A stretch of 63,919 nucleotides of DNA, counting the filler, from Octopus bimaculoides (Eukaryota), in the NCBI RefSeq assembly GCF_001194135.2. It is 8 parts of 8 records of this genome, joined end to end, with 100 filler letters (N's around TTAATTAATTAA, not from the genome) between each part and the next. Parts side by side here need not be neighbours in the genome. Positions count along the whole stretch, not along the records: positions 40,993 to 44,374 come from NC_068981.1; positions 44,475 to 59,502 come from NC_068990.1; 6 more parts are not named here. One strand, written 5' to 3'. Below, one piece after another: positions 40,993-52,139 of the stretch. The translations under genes were made by a program, and so were the position numbers. Numbering within the stretch: the stretch's first letter is position 1; the number at the start of each line of letters is the position of its first letter. The notes under the pieces are model-generated. The model had not been told where the DNA came from. It made no database searches and saw only the letters and a list, made by a program, of their open reading frames with translations.

Positions 40993-41745
40993 TAAACAGT
41001 AAAATTTATTCAATAAAATCGCCACTGGCTTCAACCACGGTCTCCATATGACTTCGGAATCTCCTGTAACTCTTCTGGATGGCCATTTTGTTTAAGTTGG
41101 TGAATGCTGCCATAATCCTTGCCTGCAGTTCATCTTTGGTGTTACAAGGAGCTTTGTTGGTCTCTCACTCAACTGCACCCTACACATAATAATCAAGGGG
41201 ATTGTAGCTTGGAAAGTTAGGTGGCCAGATGTTAGGGGTGGTGTGGTCGCAGAAATTGTCTGACAGCCATGACTGGGTTCTCCTACTTGTGTGGCATGGT
41301 GCAGAGTCCTGTTGCCAGACAGAGGGTCTTCTAGCAGCCACCCTCTTGACCCAGGGCAGCACTACCTCCTCCAGGCACTTGTAGGCCTCTGTGTTGAGTC
41401 TGAGACCATGTGGGAAGATGAACGAAGACATAAAGGCGCATACACTAGTGATCACTCCAAACACCATGACTGGATGTTTGATTTTTATCACTCTCGGTAC
41501 ATGTCCTCAGATTGACACACAAACACTCTGAAATGTTTGTAATGGAGCTTCCAGCATGAATGCCAAGCAGTACAGCATGTTGTTTCCAAATTTCTGGCAG
41601 AGTGAATTACATCATAGTGCTGTTTTTCTCACAGATAGTGCTAAACTGACCCTACTATACTGGGTAGTTGACAAAATTAAAAACAAACAATGCTTCTGTA
41701 CGAAATTAAAATATAAAATGGTGACAATTTAGCCATCACACCCTA
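40993..41745 (-). mobile_element. Tc1/mariner maT-type (DD37D) transposon, internally deleted
   Basis: WQQDSAPCH...WPPNFPSYNPLDYYV with exactly 37 residues between the second and third D; C-terminal FRSHMETVVEASGDFIE*; N-terminal piece at 41510-41620 joined across a deletion; terminal end near 41745. Confidence 0.88.
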
Positions 41746-41971
41746 TGTGTGTGTGTGTGTNNNNNNNNNNNNNNNNNNNNNNNNNNNNNNNNNNNNNNNN
41801 NNNNNNNNNNNNNNNNNNNNNNNNNNNNNNNNNNNNNNNNNNNNNNNNNNNNNNNNNNNNNNNNNNNNNNNNNNNNNNNNNNNNNNNNNNNNNNNNNNNN
41901 NNNNNNNNNNNNNNNNNNNNNNNNNNNNNNNNNNNNNNNNNNNNNNNNNNNNNNNNNNNNNNNNNNNNNNN

Positions 41972-42014
<43 letters not shown>

Positions 42015-42919
42015 CATACACATATATAGACACATGTGTGTCTACTCTCATACACACACACATACAAATATACAGGAGTCGATGTGAGGGAAATTTAGCT
42101 GCTATTTCTAACAGATCAACTAATTGCATAGAACCACCGCCACTCCCTCACTTTCATAAGCTCATCAAACTCTAATGAAAGCCTATTATTGTATAACAAC
42201 AATAAAACTCTGCTAACATTCCACAACAATCACACATTCTTTATGTATTTATGTCTGTATTGGAAAAGTTTTTATTTTTCAATTATCCAAAAACCTTTGT
42301 GTTTAATGAGCTGCTAACATGCTAATATGCGTATACATGCAGCCTGCACATGACCTTTTTATGCACTTGCACACATGCAGTAGAACTAACAAGTGTGCCT
42401 TGCCTCTAACATGGTCATGTGATCTGCTAGAACTTGAAACCAATTTGATATAAAGGTCATAAACATTGTTATAGATCCAAAATCAAGCATAACCAGAGAA
42501 ACCAGTTTTAGGAGTTTATTTATGGAATCAATAGTTATGGGTTCATCAGGGCGTAACCTCCTGTTTCCCATCCTAACTATAACCCCAACCCATCCACCCA
42601 CTCATCATCATATTCTACACACCAGTTACCACTAACAGTAACAAGGTTATTTTTATTGTATTTTTTCAGTATGCTAATATTACCTATATTCTTTCAAGCT
42701 CAACACTGAACATTCCCTTCGATCCATTAACTTATTCCCATGTTCACACATCATCACAGTCATGGAGATCTTAACATCTACCTTTCCATTCTACTTTTCT
42801 ATGCTTGCATGGGTCAGAAAAGATTATACAAGGGTTCAGTTCCCTACAGTCAGATGACCTCTTCAATGCGAACCCCCACTTGCACGCAAGTGACAATTTC
42901 CCAGTCAACCAAACAATAA

Positions 42920-43560
42920 ACATATTTTCCCATGATGTGATCAGCCTAATGCAGTGGTTCCCAACCTGTGGTCCATGGATCCCTGGTGGTCTGAAAAGGT
43001 TGTACTGTTGTACATGAAAAGGTTGTACATGAACATGTTGAGCTGATAGATCTTTCAATATCCTGGGGTCCATGGGAATAGTCATTTAAATAAAAAGGGT
43101 CATCGGTAGCGAAAAGGTTGGGAACCACTGGCCTAGTGTACTTTTGATCAGGTGTCAGAAGAAATGGCAACCACCAAGCTGAAACCTTCATCATGCCAAT
43201 TTTATTGTACAGAATATTCTCAACTCTCTCACAGGGTATACTAATAGCATTGGTTATTTGACTTATAGTCAATCTCCTGTCATCCATCATCATGTGATGA
43301 ACACAATCAATGTTTTCCTCTGTGGTGGCAGTTGCAGGAAATCCAGGCCTTGAGTCATCTCCAAGACTTTTCCTTTCCCTTAGAAAATTCAGCTGCCCAC
43401 TTTTGCACTGTTGATAAAGTTAGTGTCATCCTCTAATGTAGCAATCATGTCAGTATGAATGCCATTGGTGGCTAAACCCCTTTTTACTGCAGGCATTTGA
43501 TAACACCACAAGGCCAAATTTTGTCAATTTTCAAGAGTAGTTGCTACCAGTTACTTTTGA
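42920..43560 (-). mobile_element. Mariner transposase N-terminal relic (HTH and linker)
   Basis: DDRRLTISQITNAISIPCERVENILYNKIGMMKVSAWWLPFLLTPDQKYT|RLITSWEN; the WVPRLLT-like linker is split by the hAT MITE. Confidence 0.8.
42952..43130. mobile_element. hAT (Charlie-like) MITE, 179 bp
   Basis: Perfect 16-bp TIRs CAGTGGTTCCCAACCT/AGGTTGGGAACCACTG; 8-bp TSD GCCTAATG(42944-51)/GCCTAGTG(43131-38) with one mismatch. Confidence 0.9.
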
Positions 43561-43799
43561 AAGCCCTAACCTTAACCCTAACCCTGGAAAGAAACAATGC
43601 AGTTAATAATAAGAAGTGTTGAAATTAACACATGCAAGATTTCAAAGCTCTAGCATCACTCCTTCATAGTCAACCTATAAACTTTTCTGCCCACCCTTAT
43701 ATATGTGGATACACACAAACAGACAGCCAGACACACACACACACAAATGTGATCTTATCAAAATGTTCCAAAGTTGCTGGTTTGCTCATGCTGTAGTAA

Positions 43800-44010
43800 C
43801 AATGTCATCATCATCGGCAGCAGCAGCAGCATCGTGTAATGTCCCTTTTAACATTCTGGCATGGGTTGAACAGCTTGATATGTACTGATGAGCCAGAGCG
43901 CCATGCTAGGGGTGCAATAGCTGCTTTGGTGTGCTTTCTCTAGCTGGATGTTCTTCCTAATTCCAAATGGTGTGAATGTCTTTTTGTGGCACCAGCACCA
44001 GTGAGGTCAC
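43800..44010 (-). mobile_element. Old RTE-type 3' terminal fragment
   Basis: (CAT)n tail followed by GGCATGGGTTG...AGCTGGATG motif shared with the 57050 and 60000 copies; similar older pieces at about 42770-42920 and 51050-51450. Confidence 0.5.
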
Positions 44011-44474
44011 CAAGTTAACTTATAAGACAAGATCCTTCAACCAATTGGGGTAGAGTATTAAGGAATATGAAAATATGATGGAGGGCAGGCAGACAGGAAC
44101 AGGTGTTTTGTTGAAGATGTGAGTATTTAGTTGCCACATCCCAAGGGGCAGGTGCTTTGTTGAAGACGTATAACAAGTAAAAGGGTAAAAGTGTTTTGGC
44201 TGCTATTTCTAGCAACCTGGGTGTCCTTGGTACAAGGTGTCCTTATTGGCTTGAAGCATTACCAGTGATCTGATGAGAAACAGCCAACTGTTGAATGTAG
44301 CGCCAATCATTTCTATAACAGTGTGTAGGCTGGGGAAATGAGGTCAAAGAAATATTTCACCGTAAAACTTTCCANNNNNNNNNNNNNNNNNNNNNNNNNN
44401 NNNNNNNNNNNNNNNNNNTTAATTAATTAANNNNNNNNNNNNNNNNNNNNNNNNNNNNNNNNNNNNNNNNNNNN

Positions 44475-44822
44475 TGTTTTAGTCATTTGACTGCGGCCAT
44501 GCTGGAGCACCGCCTTCAGTCGAGAAAATCGACCGCAGGACTTATTAAGCCTAGTACTTTTTCTATCTGTTTCTTTTTGCCGAACCGCTAAGTTATGGGG
44601 GCGTAAACACACCAGCATCGGTTGTCAAGCGATGGTGGGGGAACAAACACACACACACATATATACGACGGATTTCTTTCAGTTTCCATCTACCAAATCC
44701 ACTCACAAGGCTTTGGTCGGCCCGAGGCTATAGTAGAAGACACTTGCCCAAGTTACCAAGCAGTGGGACTGAACCTGGAACTATGTGGTTGGTAAGCTAC
44801 TTACAACACAGCCACTCCTGCA
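44475..44822 (-). mobile_element. tRNA-derived SINE with CORE/V-like central domain
   Basis: Minus-strand head GGTGCAGGAGTGGCTGTGTTGTAAG...GGTTCAGTCCC, then TTGGGCAAGTGTCTTCTACTATAGCC central domain. Confidence 0.8.
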
Positions 44823-44847
44823 CCATTATTGAAATGTTTTTCACACA

Positions 44848-45025
44848 ATTCTCTTTTAGGGTTCGGCACACGTGTGCAAAAGGGAACAATTTGACCGTTG
44901 GAATCATGGTCAAATGAATGTTTTCGACACAAAATTCCTTTTGTTTTGCGAACAAAAGGAATTTTTGCGATGAAGGCATTCATTTGACCATGATTCCAAC
45001 GGTGTGCCCAACCCTAAAAGAGAAT
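44848..45025. repeat. Composite 178-bp foldback hairpin
   Basis: Nested arms: about 23 bp (44848-44870/45003-45025, 1 mismatch), 26 bp perfect (44895-44920/44977-45002), 15 bp perfect (44931-45/44951-65); loop TTGCG; 24-nt one-sided bulge. Confidence 0.9.
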
Positions 45026-45032
45026 CATTTGA

Positions 45033-45430
45033 ACAGCGACAACCAGTAAAACGTGTGATTGCACACACGATATGACTTTGAAGAAGGCCAGATCGGTGGA
45101 TGGATTAGTGTGGCGGTGCGGAAATTGTAGGGAAAGCATTTCTATAAGGACGAAGACTTTTATGGAAAAGTCAAAGTTGTCATTGCAGAAAATTTTTCTC
45201 ATCGTCTTTCTCAAACATATTGCGGAAGTTTATCCCCCCTAAGCTCCACCAGCACGGCTTCTCCGAACACACTTCTCGACAAAACTCATATATTTCTGAA
45301 ATAAAATAAAAACGCGCTCTAATTTTATATTACTGCGGGAAATTACTCTGAAAGAAATCTCATATACATTGCATTAGAAATATTACATGATTTTTGTTTC
45401 ACTCCTGTGACCGGACGTTGAGATTCAGCN
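45033..45430. pseudogene. Merlin (IS1595/ISXO2-like) transposase relic with an internally inverted segment
   Basis: Plus strand 45054-45230: CDCTHDMTLKKARSVDGLVWRCGNCRESISIRTKTFMEKSKLSLQKIFLIVF (zinc-ribbon N-terminus). Minus strand about 45295-45230: IYEFCREVCSEK...LGG (the next conserved block). Confidence 0.7.
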
Positions 45431-46320
45431 NNNNNNNNNNNNNNNNNNNNNNNNNNNNNNNNNNNNNNNNNNNNNNNNNNNNNNNNNNNNNNNNNNNNNN
45501 NNNNNNNNNNNNNNNNNNNNNNNNNNNNNNNNNNNNNNNNNNNNNNNNNNNNNNNNNNNNNNNNNNNNNNNNNNNNNNNNNNNNNNNNNNNNNNNNNNNN
45601 NNNNNNNNNNNNNNNNNNNNNNNNNNNNNNNNNNNNNNNNNNNNNNNNNNNNNNNNNNNNNNNNNNNNNNNNNNNNNNNNNNNNNNNNNNNNNNNNNNNN
45701 NNNNNNNNNNNNNNNNNNNNNNNNNNNNNNNNNNNNNNNNNNNNNNNNNNNNNNNNNNNNNNNNNNNNNNNNNNNNNNNNNNNNNNNNNNNNNNNNNNNN
45801 NNNNNNNNNNNNNNNNNNNNNNNNNNNNNNNNNNNNNNNNNNNNNNNNNNNNNNNNNNNNNNNNNNNNNNNNNNNNNNNNNNNNNNNNNNNNNNNNNNNN
45901 NNNNNNNNNNNNNNNNNNNNNNNNNNNNNNNNNNNNNNNNNNNNNNNNNNNNNNNNNNNNNNNNNNNNNNNNNNNNNNNNNNNNNNNNNNNNNNNNNNNN
46001 NNNNNNNNNNNNNNNNNNNNNNNNNNNNNNNNNNNNNNNNNNNNNNNNNNNNNNNNNNNNNNNNNNNNNNNNNNNNNNNNNNNNNNNNNNNNNNNNNNNN
46101 NNNNNNNNNNNNNNNNNNNNNNNNNNNNNNNNNNNNNNNNNNNNNNNNNNNNNNNNNNNNNNNNNNNNNNNNNNNNNNNNNNNNNNNNNNNNNNNNNNNN
46201 NNNNNNNNNNNNNNNNNNNNNNNNNNNNNNNNNNNNNNNNNNNNNNNNNNNNNNNNNNNNNNNNNNNNNNNNNNNNNNNNNNNNNNNNNNNNNNNNNNNN
46301 NNNNNNNNNNNNNNNNNNNN

Positions 46321-46713
46321 TAGCCAAAATCATTCTAGGTTTTAGCGAGATTATTGTAAATGATATTTCGGAATGCTTCTAAAAACTTCCATGGGAAGTT
46401 ATAAAAGCCTGTATTTTTTTCTGATTTTAGTTAGTGGATAGCGTGTCTTCTGGAATAACAGTGACAAACGCCGGAAGTTGTTGTTGACAAACAACGGCAG
46501 TAATTTTATTCAGCTGAATACAAGTCATTGATTGGTTGAAATTACTGAAATATGACAACTTTAACACGAAATAACTTTGAAAATATAAACTTTTCTCAAC
46601 AGCACTAAGAGTAAAAGATGTTTTATAGACACATTCTACCAGTGTCCGAAGTTTGAAAGTGTTTAGTTACAAAAAATTAATTTCTCGATGTGCTGTTCAA
46701 AGGGAAAAGATCC
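46321..46713. mobile_element. Right end of Merlin-like element
   Basis: Ends ...GTTCAAAGGGAAAAGATCC; about 46525-46670 is homologous to the right arm of MITE 50225-50803; follows the gap after the transposase relic. Confidence 0.6.
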
Positions 46714-47117
46714 TACTTCTTTATAATGATCTTAAGTCATGAATCTAACTCTTTCTCTAGTGTAATTTCGATGGAATAGATTAACAATATAATTCTTGTC
46801 ACCCCTTCGTGACAAACTTTTAGACTGAAAACTAGAAATAACATTCTGCTACACAATATATTTTCAAGTTTCTTTTTATTGACGAAGGGAGATTACTCCA
46901 GGTGTATTTACATGAATTGTAATTGTGTATATCCGTGAAATAAAGAGAATCGACTGAAACTATCTTTGAAATTGATCTTTTCTACACTTCTCCACAAAAA
47001 TATATTTGACTATTCTTATCATTCTACCAACAGCAAGTAGTAAAAGAAATTAGTTTAACTGAAAGACACATACGCGTCACACACAACATATTTAGTCAAC
47101 CTAACTATATTATATCT

Positions 47118-47520
47118 GATGGATACATCCTCAAACCACTAGAATATACATGGTGAAGACAACAAAATAGAAGTCAAACCCCAACAAAAACCGTAAGGAA
47201 TTTTGGTAAATTTCAATACTTTCACTAAGAAAAAATTTAAAAACTCGGATTTTTCACATGGAATCAAGTACTCTGACCTCCTAATATGCCACACACCCTT
47301 TATTTTTATTTGGAAAAAAGGGAGGATGAGAAACCGCCCCTCTCCCATCCCAACCATTGGAAATTTTTTTTTCCCCGTTGAATGAATTACGGTGACCTCT
47401 TAATATGTCACAAGCCCCCCTTTTTGGTCACCCACTCTCTCTCTTTCTTTCTCTCCCCATAGAAAAATGAAACGCATCAGTTACCCGATTTTGGCACCAA
47501 GAATTGCAAAGGGAAAGTGC
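47118..47520. mobile_element. Possible Helitron/Helentron-derived non-autonomous repeat
   Basis: Starts ACTAG; internal repeated TGACCTCYTAATATGYCACA (about 47275 and 47393); family by recall only. Confidence 0.25.
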
Positions 47521-47889
47521 TTTAGTTTTTCAAATCTATTCAGCAATCTGGGATTATTATATATTATATCAAGTGATTTTAAGTGGTATGAAAAAGATAT
47601 TTTGTTTTAATATTACACTTTTACTTGTTTCACACACATACACAAACTCTAACTTGTTTTTTAGATGAATTTTTTACCATTCTTTAGCTCTCCACAGACT
47701 TCATTACCACTAACTTCTTTTTATAACCTCCAGCATATTAGGTCAAGGTACGTGATTCCACGCAAAAAAATACGAGTTTTATTTTCTTAGTGAAAATCAT
47801 GCAGGTGAAAGTATTGAAATTTACTGGAATTTCTACCTACACTTTTTTGGCATATCAATCATGGTAATTTCCCTGATGGCAGCAAGGTC

Positions 47890-48560
47890 CTGAGGCCTCT
47901 TGGTCATCAGCACATAGGAGTTCTTATGGACAGTTTGTCATTAACTCCTCTGTAATGGACAGGAAGACAATAATAAATAGAAGGGGGCTGAGGAAGTCTA
48001 CCCACACGCTAAACCTGTTGCTTGACTGCTCTTTTGCATGATTCTCATAAGTTATTCATCTACACTTACTTTCCTTAGCAACACCCAGATAATCAAGCAT
48101 CAAATTCTGTGAAAAGCCTCCTTTGGGAAGTCAACAAATGCTGGATACAGCAGCTTATTACTAACTAAGAACATCTACAGTTGTTTCACTAGGAAGAGGG
48201 CATTGATAGTAGCTCTTCTGAGCACAAGCCAGTTCTGCTATAGCTTTTTCAGTAACTTTCATCAACTCAATATCTATTTCCTCTTTCTCCAGAGCGTCTG
48301 TTTTACTTTTGTAGCAGCTGATAAGGATACTGCTATACCAGTCATCTTCCTGTACTATCTGATTGACTATGCACGTTATTAGTTTGTGATCCACCTTGCC
48401 AGGTATTTTCAACACCTCTGTACTGATGTCAACTTGGATGATTGGTTCTGTTGGGTCTAAACTAGAAAGGCCTTCTCTCCCATACAGTCACTTCAGTCAA
48501 CAGTCATGGATCTTTATGTTCATCAATGGTTAGGGCATTCTCAATACACTTCTTCCCCAC
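47890..48560 (-). mobile_element. RTE LINE RT fragment
   Basis: MLKIPGKVDHKLITCIVNQIV...DWYSSILISCYKSKTDALE; FVDLPKEAFHR (FVDLEKAFDR-like); LSPLLFIIV...CP*ELLCADD (YADD position). Confidence 0.8.
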
Positions 48561-49279
48561 AAAATCTGACTTCTCAAGCAATCATTTATAAAGAATTGTT
48601 ACTGTGCCCAACAATCATTCTATATCATTTACACCACTTTCCTTTTGTATATTTAACTAGAGTACATGCTACAGTATAATACTGGACCAAACAATCATAA
48701 ATTCAAACTTTAAAACTGCTCAGTGCCTAGGTACATTACAATATTCTGTATTCTTCAATCTGCTTGGATGAAAGCAGAGTGACTTGCTGAAAGTACAAGG
48801 GCAAGATCAGAACTATAGAAGTTAAGGTTCACATAAATGCTTTAGTCTCTCTCTCTCTCTCTCTCTCTCTGCATGCACATGTGGAGGAAAAAATATATAG
48901 AGATGGTTTTGATCTATGTGCTAACAAGATGTTTTTGTTGTAGACATAAATCTATGTTTGGCTACTGAAAGTAGGTGTCAATATATTGTGCTCATAAATA
49001 GTGGAAACATTATGAAAGAGATAGGAAGAGGTTAGAAGTGAATTTGTAAAACACTGAAAATATGGTTTAGAAGTGAATATATAGTTTAGAAGTAAATTAG
49101 TGAAACACTGGCAACTAAAATTACTTATGTTAAAATTAGTCATTTCTGTCACTCAAGATGGCAAACTTGGAATAAAAGGTTTCTTCACTCAAAAAAGATT
49201 TAATGTCAAAATGTTGAAGATAAGTGTAATATCAAGTATATGTAAAACCGAGCCAGTTCAAATGATTCTTAATACTTAC

Positions 49280-49341
49280 TTGGTTTTCTACATCTGAATA
49301 CGTAGGTTCGTCCTGAACTGGAGTACTGCCTCCACTTTGAT
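49280..49341 (-). CDS. Candidate 62-nt coding exon of an unidentified gene (xQSGGSTPVQDEPTYSDVENQ)
   Basis: Strong acceptor TTCTTTGTTTTTCTCTTACCAG, donor GTAAGT, open frame, unique non-repeat sequence; neighbouring exons not established. Confidence 0.4.
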
Positions 49342-50224
49342 CTGGTAAGAGAAAAACAAAGAAGTGTAAATGTATTAGTTAAAATATATATTCTTCCTTT
49401 GTCTGAAACAGAAATGCTTAAACAAAAGCTTCTTTCTTGAAAGGAATAATTTTAATTCTTTAATGAATGCAACTTCAAGAAGTAGTTCCTATGTTGCATC
49501 AGTACACACCTCACACCTAATGAGTAACTGTAGTATGAAAAGCAAGATCAGATAGTAAATTATGATTCTGATTGTAACCTGCACATGTGGAACATGGAAG
49601 TTAACAGCAGGACTGGCTGACCAGCTAAACTTGTTCTACTTTACAAGCTTAAGAATCTTATGGACATAAGTTTCTGCAGCAAACAAATAAAAAAGAAAAA
49701 CAAATTTGTTTCTTTTATTGTCACTAATGAAATCATAAAGGATTTTTCTTCTTGAGTCTAATGAAATAATTAATTTAAATTATAATTCCAAAATATACAA
49801 CGATAATGTATTCTGCAATAATTAGCTAACTTAATTTCGAGCATGTTTCAGGTCAGTTCTGATCAAGTGGGCCTAAGATCAAAGTGCTCCAGCAATGACT
49901 ATCCCACCTTATTTTCAGACAATGTATCCAGAATTACACTATCTAAAGTATCCTTCCTATTTTTAAGATGGTAAGATATGGCTTGAAGGGAAATCTAACT
50001 GCTATTTCTGTAGGCTGTGTGATCACATAGAGCTGTCATTTGGTGTGTATGCATAGTAATTGCGAAAGCAAAAAGTAAGCTTCCAATAAATTAAAACTTA
50101 TTTTTACAATTTCATTCTCTAGTTGAAGCCTTTACACTTGCTTTGCACAACTAAAAGATCATCAGATACTGTGAGGCTTTTGTTGCTTGTTGTTCTTGCA
50201 TAAAGAAGATGAGGTACAAGGTAT

Positions 50225-50803
50225 GGATCTTTTTTAAAATGGGGGCCACATTTTTCATTAATGTTTTACGTAGTGTTTTTGGTACTGAAAGACTTTCAAA
50301 CTTCGTATACTTATCTATTTTGTGTTATAGAACAGAAAAATATTTTTGTATTTGAATTTATTTCATGTAAAAAATTGTCTTATTTCGATAATTTCAACCA
50401 ATCACTGACAAGTATTCAGTTGTTTATATTTACTCCTTTGGCTGATTAAGCCATAGCTTCGTTTTATTTGCTTTTTTCATTTTCTTTTTTTTTTCTTCGT
50501 TTTATTTGCTTTTTTCTTTTTAAATTTGCTGTTTTACCCTAACCCTAACCCTATCACCGATAGAATTGTTTCAGAATCGTTTGTTTATGTAGTCGGCACT
50601 TAATGTATATCGGCTGAATGGACGTCAGTGATTGGTTGAAATTACAGAAATACGACAACTTTAACATGGAATAAGTTAGGGATTTCTTTTTTTTTTAAGA
50701 AGACTAAGAGAAAAAGATGTTTTATATGACACATTCTACCAGTGTTCCAAGTTTCAAAGTGTTTCGTTAATGAAAAATGTGGTCCCCGTTTTAAAAAAGA
50801 TCC
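50225..50803. mobile_element. Merlin-like (or Mutator-like) MITE, 579 bp
   Basis: 37-bp TIRs GGATCTTTTTTAAAA(T/C)GGGG(G/A)CCACATTTTTCATTAA (2 mismatches) with imperfect symmetry continuing to about 190 bp; perfect 8-bp TSD CAAGGTAT (50217-24 and 50804-11); GG termini. Confidence 0.88.
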
Positions 50804-52139
50804 CAAGGTATTTCTCTTGAAATGTGTAGTATTGTGTCTGTGTTGTTGCAAGAGGCCAGTTTAACATGTCATTACTAAAGAATATTTTTTTAAGGTTTTG
50901 GTTCAAAGAAGTAGTGCAGGTCTTACATGGAATGTTGAGGTTGCACATGAAGTGTAAAAACGTCGGGTGGGTATAACAAGCAGGTTGTTACTGTGTTGTA
51001 AGAAGAGTGGTGAGGAAACATTAGGGGAATTGATGGAGTGTTGAAATACATCATCATGACCACCACTACTGCCACAATCACCATCATTTTATGTTCGCTT
51101 TCCATGAAATGGATTGTTGTCATGGTCAAAGTCATTTCCTGCTGGGAGATGCTGCTCCCATAGACTGGTGCTCATACATAACATTTGACCTAGTTTCTAC
51201 AAATGGATGCCCTTCATATCATCAATTACATTACAGAACACACTAGGTGCATTTTCTCATGGCACCAACACAAGAGTTGAATAGTCCTTGCAAAACCTCA
51301 CAACCTGTATTATCACTGCTCATTTGCCACCCACTTTACAGAGCATTTAATTTTTTGGTGACACCAGCACTAGAGAGGTAGTTTTACTCACCAATGACCT
51401 GTAGAAGGAGTGCAGTGGGGGATGTTATTATGACAGCAACAAAGGAGGGAGATGCCTTATATACAGTAGAGATTGCATATAGTCAGAGGAGAGGAATAAG
51501 GGAAGGAGCAATGACAACAAAAAAGGCCTGAAAGGGGTGGCCAAGAAAGATGTAAGTAAAAGTGTAGAAAGTACTTAAAAAACCAATACATTTGTTCAGG
51601 TGTCCAAGGAGGTAGAGAGCAATGACATCAGGACCAGAATGGGTAGATGAGGGAAAAGAGAAGAGTCTGATGATAAAATGGCAGAATTATTTGGAGGTAA
51701 AGTCAAGAATAGAGTAACTGGCAATAAAAGAAGTAGAATGTAAGAGTGAGTGGATGAAAGAAGCAAAGAGCCTGATGAAGAAAAAGCTATTTGGGGTGGA
51801 GTTAGGAGGAGAGAGATTGGTAAAGATGATTGAAGGTCAAAGTTGGTGATGAAATAAAAGTAAAAGAAGGTGAAGGGTGGCAAGAGAGTTGGCTGAGATG
51901 AGACTGAGTGATGGCTAGCAGTACAGCTAGGTGGAGTTAAAGAAGCTAGTCTGATATAGAGAGCTAGTGAAGGGCAAGTGTGTCAGAATGAATAGAATAA
52001 TGCAGTATAGAGATGAGACACGGAGGGCTCTGAGTGATAAGGAGATGGGTGAAAAGTGGGTGAGCAATGGGCAGATGTAAAGGTATGTTAAAGATATAAG
52101 ATATAAGGTATGTTAAAGATATAATATAAACTTGGCAGG

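Noticed and set aside
42500-42560. CTGATGA on the minus strand (also near 4505, 10575, 23672, 50160)
   Set aside because: No stem II plus GAAA downstream; expected by chance.
44264-44311. CTGATGA followed by an AACAG/CTGTT stem
   Set aside because: GAAT instead of GAAA and no A-U/UH junction.
49306-49344. VRPELEYC resembling the CR1/Jockey LINE VRPxLEYC motif
   Set aside because: No flanking LINE homology; better explained as the antisense of the minus-strand exon candidate.
49645-49673. Strong minus-strand acceptor near the 49280 exon (xTYVHKILKL)
   Set aside because: Weak donor, and the phase does not join the downstream candidate exon.
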